Shown here: positions 8,640 to 17,054 of the stretch, piece after piece
Position numbering within the stretch: the stretch's first letter is position 1
Layout: every line of letters begins with the position of its first letter
Assembly: GCA_963727505.1 (NCBI GenBank)
Contig: CAVSGP010000002.1
Span: 1 to 64,000, forward strand
Length of the DNA: 64,000 nucleotides
Direction of reading: 5' to 3'
DNA from: an uncultured Trueperaceae bacterium
GTDB lineage: Bacteria > Deinococcota > Deinococci > Deinococcales > Trueperaceae
Notes under the pieces: generated by a model
Seen by the model: the letters and a program-made list of their open reading frames with translations, nothing else
Databases searched by the model: none
What the model was told of the DNA's origin: nothing
Translations under genes and position numbers: made by a program

Positions 8640-10067
8640 TCAGTCCGAAGGCGCGATATTCCGGTTCACGCGGAAGAAGTTGGTGGGGTCGTACTTGGCC
8701 TTCACCCGTCTAAGACGGGCGTAGTTCTCACCGTAGGCCGCTTGCAGGCGTTGCTCGTCGTCATCAGCGAGTTGGAAATTGACGTAGTTGCCGCCCGTGG
8801 AGAAGGGGCGTATCGTCTCCCACGACCTCCGCACCCAGGCGATGTGGGGGTCGGCTGGGGCGTCGGGCGCCCAGGTTCCCGAGAAACCGGTGATGTATCG
8901 CGCGTCTCTGTTGCCCACGGCTCCGTCATCCTTCGGTCTCTGGTTGAGGGCGCCACCGAGATGGAAGAGCACGGACTGGCTCATCGGGCTCGTAAGCTGC
9001 AGACCACCCTCGCGGAACGCCTCCAAGAAGCCGTCCGTCAGCCCAGGAAGGAACTCCGTCTTCCAGTAGCGGTGGGGACCGCTCGGCTCGTTGGCATCGA
9101 GCATCGACTGGAGTGCCGTGTATGGCATCCGGGAGAGCGTGCCGAAGGCGGGATCCGGCAACTGATGGATGGGGGCGAGGGCGTGGTCCGGCTCGTCACC
9201 GGTGTAGCACACGATCATGGCGACGATCGGCTTCCCGCGCCGCGGCTCCGGGACGAAGGGCGCCGGCGGGGCAAGCCTCAGCACCACTGCTAGCGTGAGC
9301 TCCAGCGGAGCGGAAGCTGTGATGCTCTTGTAGGCGTCAAGGATTTCTTCGGCCTGCTCGGCGCCCCAGGCGATCAGTCCCGCCGTGACCAGCGGACCAA
9401 CGTCGTGGAGTCGGTAAGCGAATTGCGTGACGACCCCGAAGTTCCCACTACCGCCCCGTATCGCCCAGAACAGGTCGGCGTTCGCGTCCCTGTTCGCCGT
9501 GAGGATCTCCCCCTCAGCCGTAACGATCTCGACCTCTTCGACGTTGTCCACCGTCCAACCGAAACGCCGGGTCAGATAGCCCCAACCTCCGCCGAGGGTC
9601 AGGCCCGCGATCCCGGTCTCGGACACGAAGCCCAACACGGTTGCGAGGCCGTGCGCTTGCGTCGCGGCATCGACCTCGCCCAAGACGCAGCCGGGCTGCA
9701 CGCGCGCGATGCTCCGCCGCGTATCCACGGTGACCGAGCGCATCAACCCCATGTCGATCGTTACGCCTGCCGGCGCGTTGGCGGTGCCCGCGATGTTGTG
9801 CCCCCCGCCCCTGATGCTGACGAGCAGGTCTCGTTCGCGCGCGAAACGGATGACGCTCGCCACCTCCTCGGCCGAGGCAGGTTGCACCACCAAGGCGGGC
9901 GTCCGAGCCGCCATCCCGTTCCAGGTCTGGATGGCCTCGCGGAAGCCGTCGTCCTCGGGGAGGAGAACGCGGGCGCCCACCTGGTCTCGCAGTTCCGCGA
10001 GCTGGTGACTCCTGAGGGTGAGGGGCGGTCCTTGCAGGCGACTGACCTCGATCGCTCGTGCGGCCAT
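8640..10067 (-). CDS. FAD-binding oxidoreductase, BBE/VAO family
   Basis: RGGGHN covalent-FAD motif, GIAGLTLGGG, DLFWAIRGGSGNFG, YVNF, KAKYDPTNFF. Confidence 0.92.
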   Translation of the reverse strand: MAARAIEVSRLQGPPLTLRSHQLAELRDQVGARVLLPEDDGFREAIQTWNGMAARTPALVVQPASAEEVASVIRFARERDLLVSIRGGGHNIAGTANAPAGVTIDMGLMRSVTVDTRRSIARVQPGCVLGEVDAATQAHGLATVLGFVSETGIAGLTLGGGWGYLTRRFGWTVDNVEEVEIVTAEGEILTANRDANADLFWAIRGGSGNFGVVTQFAYRLHDVGPLVTAGLIAWGAEQAEEILDAYKSITASAPLELTLAVVLRLAPPAPFVPEPRRGKPIVAMIVCYTGDEPDHALAPIHQLPDPAFGTLSRMPYTALQSMLDANEPSGPHRYWKTEFLPGLTDGFLEAFREGGLQLTSPMSQSVLFHLGGALNQRPKDDGAVGNRDARYITGFSGTWAPDAPADPHIAWVRRSWETIRPFSTGGNYVNFQLADDDEQRLQAAYGENYARLRRVKAKYDPTNFFRVNRNIAPSD

Positions 10068-10110
10068 GGCGTGCCTCCTCGCTCGCCGTGCGCTGTGGTG
10101 GGGCGGTGTT

Positions 10111-10152
10111 ATGCTCCGATTAGGAGTAAGTCTATACTCCAACTTGGAGTAT
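10111..10152. promoter_or_regulatory. Two 19-bp palindromic operator boxes between divergent genes
   Basis: ATACTCCAA-c-TTGGAGTAT (10134-10152, perfect IR) and ATGCTCCGATTAGGAGTAA (10111-10129). Confidence 0.7.
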
Positions 10153-10166
10153 GTCAAGAGGTGGGG

Positions 10167-10844
10167 ATGAGCGATCGACTGACGACAACGTCCTACGCTG
10201 TATTGGCTCAGGTAGCCGTGCGACCGTGGTCCACCTACGAGCTGGCCCAACAACGCGTGCGTTACTTCCGGTACGTCTGGCCCCGAGCGGAGAGCGCCAT
10301 CTATCGCGAGGCGAAGCGACTCGCCTCGATGCGGCTGATCCAGGGCAAGAAGGAGTACACGGGCAAGCGGGCGCGGACCGTCTACGCGATCACGGAGGCT
10401 GGCAAGGAAGCCTTGCGGGAATGGCTGGCAACGCCCGTCTCTCCGTTCTCGATGGACTTCGAAGCGATGCTGCGGGTCTTCGTACTACCGCTGGGGACCA
10501 AGACCGATATCCTCCGGACGCTCGAGCAGGTTCGTAGGGACGCCCGAGAGATGCTCCGGTTCGCCGGCGAGGTGAAACAGGAGTTCCTCGACGGCATCAA
10601 CGTCACCCAGGATCAGGTCTACATCAGGGCCTTCGTGGTCGACTTCTTCGTCAGCCTGCTGCAGACCGTGGAAGCATGGGCCGATCGCAGCCTGGCCCAG
10701 ATCCGTTCCTGGGACGACCTGCAGCCGACCAGCGAGAAGAACGACGAGGGCCTCGAGAAGATGCGACGGTTGACCGTCGAGACTCCCGGTACGCCACTGG
10801 GGCGAGCGTCCGTACCCCCCGAGAGCCAGACACGTTCGAGGTAG
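10167..10844 (+). CDS. PadR-family transcriptional regulator
   Basis: LTTTSYAVL...STYEL...WPRAESAIYREAKRL...YAITEAGKEALREWL. Confidence 0.9.
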   Translation: MSDRLTTTSYAVLAQVAVRPWSTYELAQQRVRYFRYVWPRAESAIYREAKRLASMRLIQGKKEYTGKRARTVYAITEAGKEALREWLATPVSPFSMDFEAMLRVFVLPLGTKTDILRTLEQVRRDAREMLRFAGEVKQEFLDGINVTQDQVYIRAFVVDFFVSLLQTVEAWADRSLAQIRSWDDLQPTSEKNDEGLEKMRRLTVETPGTPLGRASVPPESQTRSR

Positions 10845-10913
10845 CGGTTCCGAGCCCCCCGGTAAGGCCGCCCATGCAAACCTCTCCTCGTAGCCCTCTA
10901 CGTCGCCTTCACC

Positions 10914-11168
10914 ATGGCAGGTCTCCCGGGCGACGCCGTCACACGCCTGAAGCGGGACGGTGAAGACCTCACCATCCTCGGCAGCGGGAACCTCCTGGAA
11001 ACGCTCATACCCCGCAACCTCATCGACCAATACGTGCTCCTGATCTTCCCACTCGTGCTCGGCACGGGACGGAAGCTGTTCCCGGACGGGACGTCACTGC
11101 GCCTGCGCCTGGTCGAGAGCCTCGCATCTCCCAAGGGGGTCGTGCTGGCGACCTACGTGCCGGCCTGA
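10914..11168 (+). pseudogene. C-terminal fragment of a RibD-C/dihydrofolate reductase-family protein
   Basis: ILGSGNLLETL...LIDQYVLLIFPLVLGTGRKLF...GVVLATY; the N-terminal half is missing. Confidence 0.75.
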
Positions 11169-11256
11169 CAGACGATGTCTGGCCGGTCCGGAGCGTTCCG
11201 ATCACGACGCACCCCTGCGTGCCCGCCAGACACGGCTCAGCGAACCCGGACCGCAC

Positions 11257-11420
11257 ACCAAGCCGCCGAACCGCGCCAGAACCCCAGCCCGACCGCCAGC
11301 AAAGAGACACGTCACCTAGAGTTGACCGCCTGCCGCAGAATCCTCGCTACCAGCGGTAGTGCCAGTTGCCCAGGTCTTACCTGCAGCACGGCATTCATGC
11401 GAACGGCCTTCCGGCTAGGC
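11257..11420. repeat. att-like junction copy B (left arm, core 11322-11363, right arm)
   Basis: Core 38/44 vs 12968-13011 (2-nt gap); left arm about 30/46 vs copy C, mostly transitions; right arm about 41/58 vs copy C. Confidence 0.8.
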
Positions 11421-11521
11421 GCCAGCGGCAAGGAAGCCCGTTCGTCCTCGTACTCACGTTCCGCGGGCCATCCCGCATCCGCGCCGTCACGCCAACGAAG
11501 GCCCGAAGCCCGCCCCTGGCT

Positions 11522-11875
11522 CTATTCCAACCCCAGATGCAAACGCAACGCCGCCTCGACCTGCCGCATGTAGCCCTCCGGGAGCACGCCCACCGGTTCG
11601 GGCGCGAAACGCTCGAAGGCGAGCGCGCGCACCTGCTCGGCCTGCGCCTTGCTGTCGCGAGACAGCCCCGTAACCTCGGCGGGGAGGTACACCTGAAAGG
11701 CCAACACGCGCTCCGCGTTGCTCGTCAGCGGCACTACCGTGAGCACGCCACGCCGCAAGCGCTCCACGACAGCATTCAGCGCATCGTGACTGACGATGAC
11801 CACCGGCCGCGACCGGCTCGCCTCGCTGCCACGAGCCGGCTCGAGATCCACGACATAGACCTCACCCCGACGCAT
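11522..11875 (-). CDS. mazF: PemK/MazF-family toxin
   Basis: MRRGEVYVVDLEPARGSEASRSRPVVIVS...VVPLTS...DSKAQAEQVR. Confidence 0.92.
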   Translation of the reverse strand: MRRGEVYVVDLEPARGSEASRSRPVVIVSHDALNAVVERLRRGVLTVVPLTSNAERVLAFQVYLPAEVTGLSRDSKAQAEQVRALAFERFAPEPVGVLPEGYMRQVEAALRLHLGLE

Positions 11876-12101
11876 CGGTCGCCAGGCCGTCGGCCGCGGT
11901 CGCGTCCCACGCCTCTTCGTCCCCAGACGCCTCCCACTCGGACAGGGCCGCAGCGTACTCCCGCTGCAACTCCTTGTCTCGAAGCGCCCTCACGGCCTCC
12001 TCCAATGCCTCGTTGCGGGAGCCGAGGTGATGATCGCGCTGATAGGCGTCCAGAAAGCTGGCAAGACGTTCGTCCAACCGCGCCGTGACATGAACCTTCA
12101 T
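11862..12101 (-). CDS. Ribbon-helix-helix antitoxin of the MazF-like toxin
   Basis: MKVHVTARLDE...SRNEALEEAVRAL...WDATAADGL; overlaps the toxin start; TGcTACAAT lies 7 nt upstream of ATG. Confidence 0.82.
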   Translation of the reverse strand: MKVHVTARLDERLASFLDAYQRDHHLGSRNEALEEAVRALRDKELQREYAAALSEWEASGDEEAWDATAADGLATDASG

Positions 12102-12300
12102 AGCACGCATTGTAGCACGTGCTGTGTCACACTGCGTGGTCAGCAGCGATGCCCGAAGGCCCATCCGTGATCGTCACTTCGTCGACCGTGATGAAGCGTG
12201 CTGGGTTTGGTGGACGCTGCACTCTCGCACAACAGGCCAGACGGAAGGCCAGGCAAGCGATTAGCGTGTACGGCCGACCCCGATTGACGAACCCGACAAC

Positions 12301-12336
12301 ATAACGCTTGACGTTATTAACGCATGGCGTTACGCT
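12301..12336 (+). promoter_or_regulatory. higBA sigma70-type promoter overlapped by two TAACG-n5-CGTTA palindromes
   Basis: TTGACG (12308) -17 nt- TACGCT (12331), 5 nt before GTG; boxes taacgcttgacgtta and taacgcatggcgtta. Confidence 0.7.
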
Positions 12337-12341
12337 AGGAC

Positions 12342-12623
12342 GTGATCAAGAGCTTCCGGAACCTTGACACCCAGAAGCTCTTCGAAAGGCGCCCGGTTCG
12401 GCGATGGCCACCCGACCTCCAACGCCGCGCCCTCCGGAAGCTCCTCATCCTCGACGCCGCCGAGACACTCGCCGACCTCCGCGTCCCGCCAGGCAACCGG
12501 CTCGAGAAGCTCACCGGAGACCGGGCCGGTCAGCACAGCATCCGCATCAATGACCAGTTTCGCATCTGCTTCCGGTGGTCCAACGGCAACGCCCACGCCG
12601 TCGAGATCACCGACTACCACTAG
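12342..12623 (+). CDS. higB: HigB (RelE-family) toxin
   Basis: MIKSF...DLRVPPGNRLEKLTGDRAGQHSIRINDQFRICFRW...VEITDYH. Confidence 0.93.
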   Translation: MIKSFRNLDTQKLFERRPVRRWPPDLQRRALRKLLILDAAETLADLRVPPGNRLEKLTGDRAGQHSIRINDQFRICFRWSNGNAHAVEITDYH

Positions 12624-12633
12624 GAGACCCACC

Positions 12634-12939
12634 ATGACCCACGAACCAACGACCCACCCGCCCGTCCACCCCGGCGAGATCCTCCTCGAAGAGTTCCTCG
12701 ACCCCATGCACATCACCCAATACCGCCTCGCCAAGGACATCTCCGTCCCACCCCGCCGCATCAACGAGATCGTCCACGGCAAGCGCGCCATCACCGCCGA
12801 CACCGCCCTCCGCCTCGCCCGCTACTTCGGCACCACCGACCGCTTCTGGCTCAACCTCCAGGCACGCTACGACCTCGAAGTCGCCAAGGACCGACTCGGC
12901 AGCAGACTCGACCGGGAGGTCACAGCGGCCGCCCACTGA
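12634..12939 (+). CDS. higA: HigA antitoxin
   Basis: PVHPGEILLEEFL...RRINEIVHGKRAITADTALRLARYFGT..FWLNLQ..YDL. Confidence 0.93.
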   Translation: MTHEPTTHPPVHPGEILLEEFLDPMHITQYRLAKDISVPPRRINEIVHGKRAITADTALRLARYFGTTDRFWLNLQARYDLEVAKDRLGSRLDREVTAAAH

Positions 12940-12967
12940 TCCCATCCCCGGCAGCGACCGTACGCCG

Positions 12968-13011
12968 TTGACCACCCGCCGAAGAATCATCGCTCTACCA
13001 GCGGTAGTGCC
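12968..13011. repeat. att-like core copy A overlapping the 3' end of AMP nucleosidase
   Basis: ttgaccacccgccgaagaatcatcgctctaccagcggtagtgcc includes the codons for HYRW and the stop. Confidence 0.85.
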
Positions 13012-13870
13012 GGATATGCTCCCCCCGCTCCGCGATCTGGCTCATGGCCTCGATCCCGACCTCGATGTGCCGATCGGTGAACTCGCGGAAGACCGCCCGC
13101 GCGGAGTCGCGGGTCTTGATGCCGCCGCGCTTCAGCGGTAGGTCGGACACCAGCAGCAGCGCTCCGACGGGGACCTTGCTGGCGAAGCCGACGGAGAACA
13201 GGGTCGCCGTCTCCATGTCGATGGCCAGCGCGCGCTCGTCGTAGAGATGCTGCTTGAAGCGCTCGTCGAACTCCCAGAAGCGGTAATCGGTGCTGTGCAC
13301 CACGCCGGTGCGGTAGTCCAGCCCGCGCTCGACGATGATCTGCGAGATGAACTTCTGCACCTTGAACGTCGGCAGGGCGGGAACCTGCGCCGGCATGAAG
13401 TGGCGCGACGCACCTTCGTCGCGGATGGCCGCGGTGGGTAGGACGAAGTCGCCGACCTCGAGCGAGCGGTGCAACCCTCCCGCCATCCCCAGGAACAGCG
13501 TGGCCTTGGGCTCGGCCGTCGCCAGCACCTCGATGATGAGCGCCGCGACCGGCGAGCCCACCGAGAAGTTGACCAGCGAGACGCCCATGCGGGCGCTGTG
13601 CTTGACCGTCATGGCCGAGCCGCGCGTGGTCTCGGCGTCGTCGCACAGCACCGAGAAACGCTCCATGTAGTACTCGAAGTTGGTGAGCAGGATCTGCTTC
13701 TGGAACTGCTCGGGCGGCGTTCCGGTATAGCGCTCGAGCACCTCCCGGCCGATCCGCCACTTCTCCGGATTGTTGTAGATCAGGTTCGGGTTCACCGTCC
13801 GTGGCGACATGCCTGTCTCCGGGGCGTCGTCTTCCGGGCGCGGGACCGTCACGTCATCGTGCTGCTCCAT
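12995..13870 (-). CDS. amn: AMP nucleosidase (PNP/UDP family)
   Basis: LERYTG, ILLTNF, LPTAAIRDEGAS, RFWEFD, AIDMETATLF, GALLLVSDLP. Confidence 0.88.
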   Translation of the reverse strand: MEQHDDVTVPRPEDDAPETGMSPRTVNPNLIYNNPEKWRIGREVLERYTGTPPEQFQKQILLTNFEYYMERFSVLCDDAETTRGSAMTVKHSARMGVSLVNFSVGSPVAALIIEVLATAEPKATLFLGMAGGLHRSLEVGDFVLPTAAIRDEGASRHFMPAQVPALPTFKVQKFISQIIVERGLDYRTGVVHSTDYRFWEFDERFKQHLYDERALAIDMETATLFSVGFASKVPVGALLLVSDLPLKRGGIKTRDSARAVFREFTDRHIEVGIEAMSQIAERGEHIRHYRW

Positions 13871-13912
13871 GGGCCATGCTAGCGGCTGCGCTCCGTCACG
13901 GCGTCAGGAAGG

Positions 13913-15523
13913 TCACCAGCGACGCGTCCAGGCCGTCCGGCGCCACGGCTCCCCGGTCGGTGCCTCGAGCGTGTCCGCCAGCGCCCGGGCCTCGTCGAGG
14001 TAGCGACGGTGATCGTCTGCCGCGGTCGCCTCCGACCGCGGCACCGCCTGCCAGCTCGCGCTGTCGAACCCACACTCCGGCTCGGCGTCGGCCCCGTGCT
14101 TCCACGCTCCCGTGCTCCAGTCGAATCGGTAGAGCGGCACGAAGCGTGCGCCATGCTCCGCCACGAACGCCAGCGCGTCGAGCAGGAACGCGAAGGTCTC
14201 GTCGGTGATGGCGTAGTGGAAGCTGACCCGGCTCCAGCCGGGACGCACGCCCTCGAAGCCCGCCTCGATGGCATCGTGATATGCGCGCGAGCGCTCGGCG
14301 TCGATGCCCAGCAACTCGTGGCCGTAGGGACCGGCGCAAGAGCAGCCGGCCCTGCCCTGGATGCCGAAGAGGTCGTTGAGAAGGCGCGTCACGAGGCGCG
14401 GATGGAGGGTCCGCTCGCCGCCGGTGCGCACCTCGAACGACAGCACCGCCAAGCGCGGCGCATCGACGTTGCCCAGCACGCGCAGGTTGGGGTGGTCCCG
14501 GAACCGCTCGATCGCCTTGTCGATGAGCTGGCGCTCGCGCTTCTCGATGCGTTTCACGCCGACGCGTTCCTTCACCTCGAACGCCATGGCCGCCCGCAGC
14601 TTCTGCAGGATGGCCGGCGTGCCGGCGTCCTCACGGGCCTCGATGTCGCCGAGGTACCAGTGTCCCAGCGGGCTGACGTAGCTGACCGTGCCGCCGCCGG
14701 CGGTCGTCGGCACCGGCTGGTCGTAGAGCATCTGGTCGAACAGCAGTACGCCGGGCGATCCCGGCCCGCCCAGGAACTTGTGGGGGCTGAGGAACAGCGC
14801 GTCGATGCCGTCCAGCTCGCCCGGGCGCACATCGATGTCGACGTAGGGTGCGCTGGCAGCGTAGTCGAAGAAGGCGGCCGCCTGGTGCTCGTGCAACAGG
14901 TGCGCCACCGCCCGCACGTCGGTGACGATGCCGGTGACGTTGCTGGCCGCCGAGAACGACCCGATCCTGGGGCGGCCCGCGAAGCGCGGGTCCTGAAGGC
15001 CGCGCTTCAGCGCGTCCAGGTCGATGCTGCCCCGCTCGTCCAGCGGGATCGCCACGACCTCGGCCAGCGACTCGCGCCACGACAGCTCGTTGGAGTGGTG
15101 CTCGTAGGGTCCCACGAAGACCACCGGGCGTTCCTCGGGCTCGAGCAGCGCCAGCACGCGCTCGCGCAGCGACGCCGGCACCGCCAGCCCCAGGATCTCC
15201 TGCATGCGCTTGATAGCGCCGGTCGTGCCGGTGCCGGCGAACACCAGGCGGTAACGCTCGTCGGCCCCGAGCTGCCGCTTGATGTAGTTGCTCGCCTCGT
15301 GGACCAGGTGCGTGGTGTGCGCGCCGGTGGCGCTGTCCTCGGTGTGGGTGTTGGCGTAGAGCGGCAGCACGCTCGCCCGCAAGCGCTCCTCCACCGACGC
15401 CAGCGGCCGGCCCGAGGCGATGTGGTCGGCATAGGTGACGCGCCGCTCGCCGAAGGGCGTGCGCACGCAGGCGTCCTCCCCCAGGATGTCGCTCCGAAGC
15501 TCCGTCAAGACCGATCGGCTCAC
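13913..15523 (-). CDS. Class V PLP-dependent aminotransferase (cysteine desulfurase-like)
   Basis: YANTHTE, EHHSNE, AASNVTG, SPHKFLGGPG (PLP Lys), RAGCSCAGPY. Confidence 0.88.
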   Translation of the reverse strand: MSRSVLTELRSDILGEDACVRTPFGERRVTYADHIASGRPLASVEERLRASVLPLYANTHTEDSATGAHTTHLVHEASNYIKRQLGADERYRLVFAGTGTTGAIKRMQEILGLAVPASLRERVLALLEPEERPVVFVGPYEHHSNELSWRESLAEVVAIPLDERGSIDLDALKRGLQDPRFAGRPRIGSFSAASNVTGIVTDVRAVAHLLHEHQAAAFFDYAASAPYVDIDVRPGELDGIDALFLSPHKFLGGPGSPGVLLFDQMLYDQPVPTTAGGGTVSYVSPLGHWYLGDIEAREDAGTPAILQKLRAAMAFEVKERVGVKRIEKRERQLIDKAIERFRDHPNLRVLGNVDAPRLAVLSFEVRTGGERTLHPRLVTRLLNDLFGIQGRAGCSCAGPYGHELLGIDAERSRAYHDAIEAGFEGVRPGWSRVSFHYAITDETFAFLLDALAFVAEHGARFVPLYRFDWSTGAWKHGADAEPECGFDSASWQAVPRSEATAADDHRRYLDEARALADTLEAPTGEPWRRTAWTRRW

Positions 15524-15612
15524 GGTCTGTGCCTCCTTCCGTGCATCCGGCGCCGCAGGGGCGGCCCGAGCCGGGGCCTCCCCGGCACGCGCCCTCGAAC
15601 CCTCGGCGTCGC

Positions 15613-16053
15613 TCAGGCCGCGGCCGCCGGGGTGAGGTGTGGATCCAGGCGCTGCCGCAGCGGCCCCTTCGGCATGGCACCGACGACCTGGTCCACCAGC
15701 TCGCCACCTCTGAACAGCAGGAGCGTGGGGATACTCTGCACCCGGTAGCGGCTCGCCGTCACCGGGTTCTCGTCGACGTTGAGCTTCACGACCTTGAGCC
15801 GGCCGGCGAGCTCACGCGACAGCTCCTCGAGCACGGGCGCCACCATGCGGCAGGGACCGCACCAGGGAGCCCACATGTCGACCAGCACCAGCACCGGGGA
15901 TTGGACCTCACGTTCGAAGGTGGCGTCGGCCCCCTTCACCAGCCACGGCAGGGACGTGCCACAGCGGCCGCACGACGGCAGCGTGCCCGCCGGAGGCGAC
16001 GTCAAGCGGTTCTTCGCCCCGCAAGCGGGGCATGCGACGATCCCGTCGTTCAT
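15613..16053 (-). CDS. trxC: Thioredoxin 2 (N-terminal zinc finger)
   Basis: CPAC...CGRC plus WAPWCGPC. Confidence 0.92.
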   Translation of the reverse strand: MNDGIVACPACGAKNRLTSPPAGTLPSCGRCGTSLPWLVKGADATFEREVQSPVLVLVDMWAPWCGPCRMVAPVLEELSRELAGRLKVVKLNVDENPVTASRYRVQSIPTLLLFRGGELVDQVVGAMPKGPLRQRLDPHLTPAAAA

Positions 16054-16220
16054 ACCTCCAGTCTAGTGGGCGCGGGCGAGCGGACGGCCGGAGTACCGCG
16101 ACGCGCCGGCCCCTCCCGGCTTGCACGCGCAGGGCCAACGCCCCCGGCGCGCCCCACGACGTGCAAGGCTGGGCGTGTCATGACCGGCACGCAGCAGGCT
16201 CACCCTCGCAGGGACGTCCG

Positions 16221-16985
16221 ATGACGCGTCCTCCCCTGGAGCTCACCGTCGACCTGCTCCCCCGCCCCGGCCTCGACCCCGACGAGCCGGCCGGCGGCCT
16301 GGCCGACGACGTTGCCATCGTCATCGACGTGCTGCGTATGACGACCACCGCCACCGTGCTTGCCGAACTGGGGCTGACGCGCCTCGATGTTGTGGCCGAC
16401 GTGCAGCGGGCCCGCGAACGCGCCCGCAAGAGCGGCGCGCTGCTGTTGGGCGAACGCGACGCCCGTCCGCTCCCCGGCTTCGACGGCGGCAACTCGCCGC
16501 TGGAGTTCACGGGCGTCGCGGTGCTCGGGCGGAGCGCGGTTCTCTGCACCTCCAACGGCTCCGCCGCGGTGGAGGCGTGCGCGGGCGCGGCGCACGTACT
16601 CCTCGGCAGCCTGCGCAACGCCCGCGCCGTGGCGCTCCGCGCCCTCGCGCTGGCGCACGGCAGGATCCGTGTGGTGTGCGCCGGCACCGGGGGCGTCGTC
16701 TCGCTCGACGACGTGGTCGCGGCCGGCCGCATCGTGGCCGCGCTCGCCGAGCTCGCCCCCGAAGCCGCACTCGCCGACACAGCGTTGCTCGCACGGGCCG
16801 CCGGCGACGGTGCGATCGGCCCCCTGCTGGCGAACTGCCGCCACGGCCGCGCTCTTGCGCGCGCCGGCTTCGCCGATGACATCGCGGAGGCGGCCCGCAT
16901 CGACGTGACCGAACGCGTGTTGGAGCGCCTCCCAGGCTCCACCACAGCGTTCGCGTGCCGCGGGGAGGACGCGGACGTAGAGTAG
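16221..16985 (+). CDS. comB: 2-phosphosulfolactate phosphatase family
   Basis: VIDVLRMTTT, GER...GFDGGNSP, TSNGS, VVCAG. Confidence 0.85.
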   Translation: MTRPPLELTVDLLPRPGLDPDEPAGGLADDVAIVIDVLRMTTTATVLAELGLTRLDVVADVQRARERARKSGALLLGERDARPLPGFDGGNSPLEFTGVAVLGRSAVLCTSNGSAAVEACAGAAHVLLGSLRNARAVALRALALAHGRIRVVCAGTGGVVSLDDVVAAGRIVAALAELAPEAALADTALLARAAGDGAIGPLLANCRHGRALARAGFADDIAEAARIDVTERVLERLPGSTTAFACRGEDADVE

Positions 16986-17054
16986 GTCGACGTCGCCGGC
17001 GCCGTGCCGGACGGCGCCGGCGCTGCAGCGGACGGGAGTCGGAGGGGAGCCTGC

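Noticed and set aside
4416..13011. Interpreting the junction repeats as integron attC sites or a CRISPR array
   Set aside because: No RYYYAAC...GTTRRRY hairpin organisation and no intI; the spacing is kilobases with genes between copies, and there are no cas genes.
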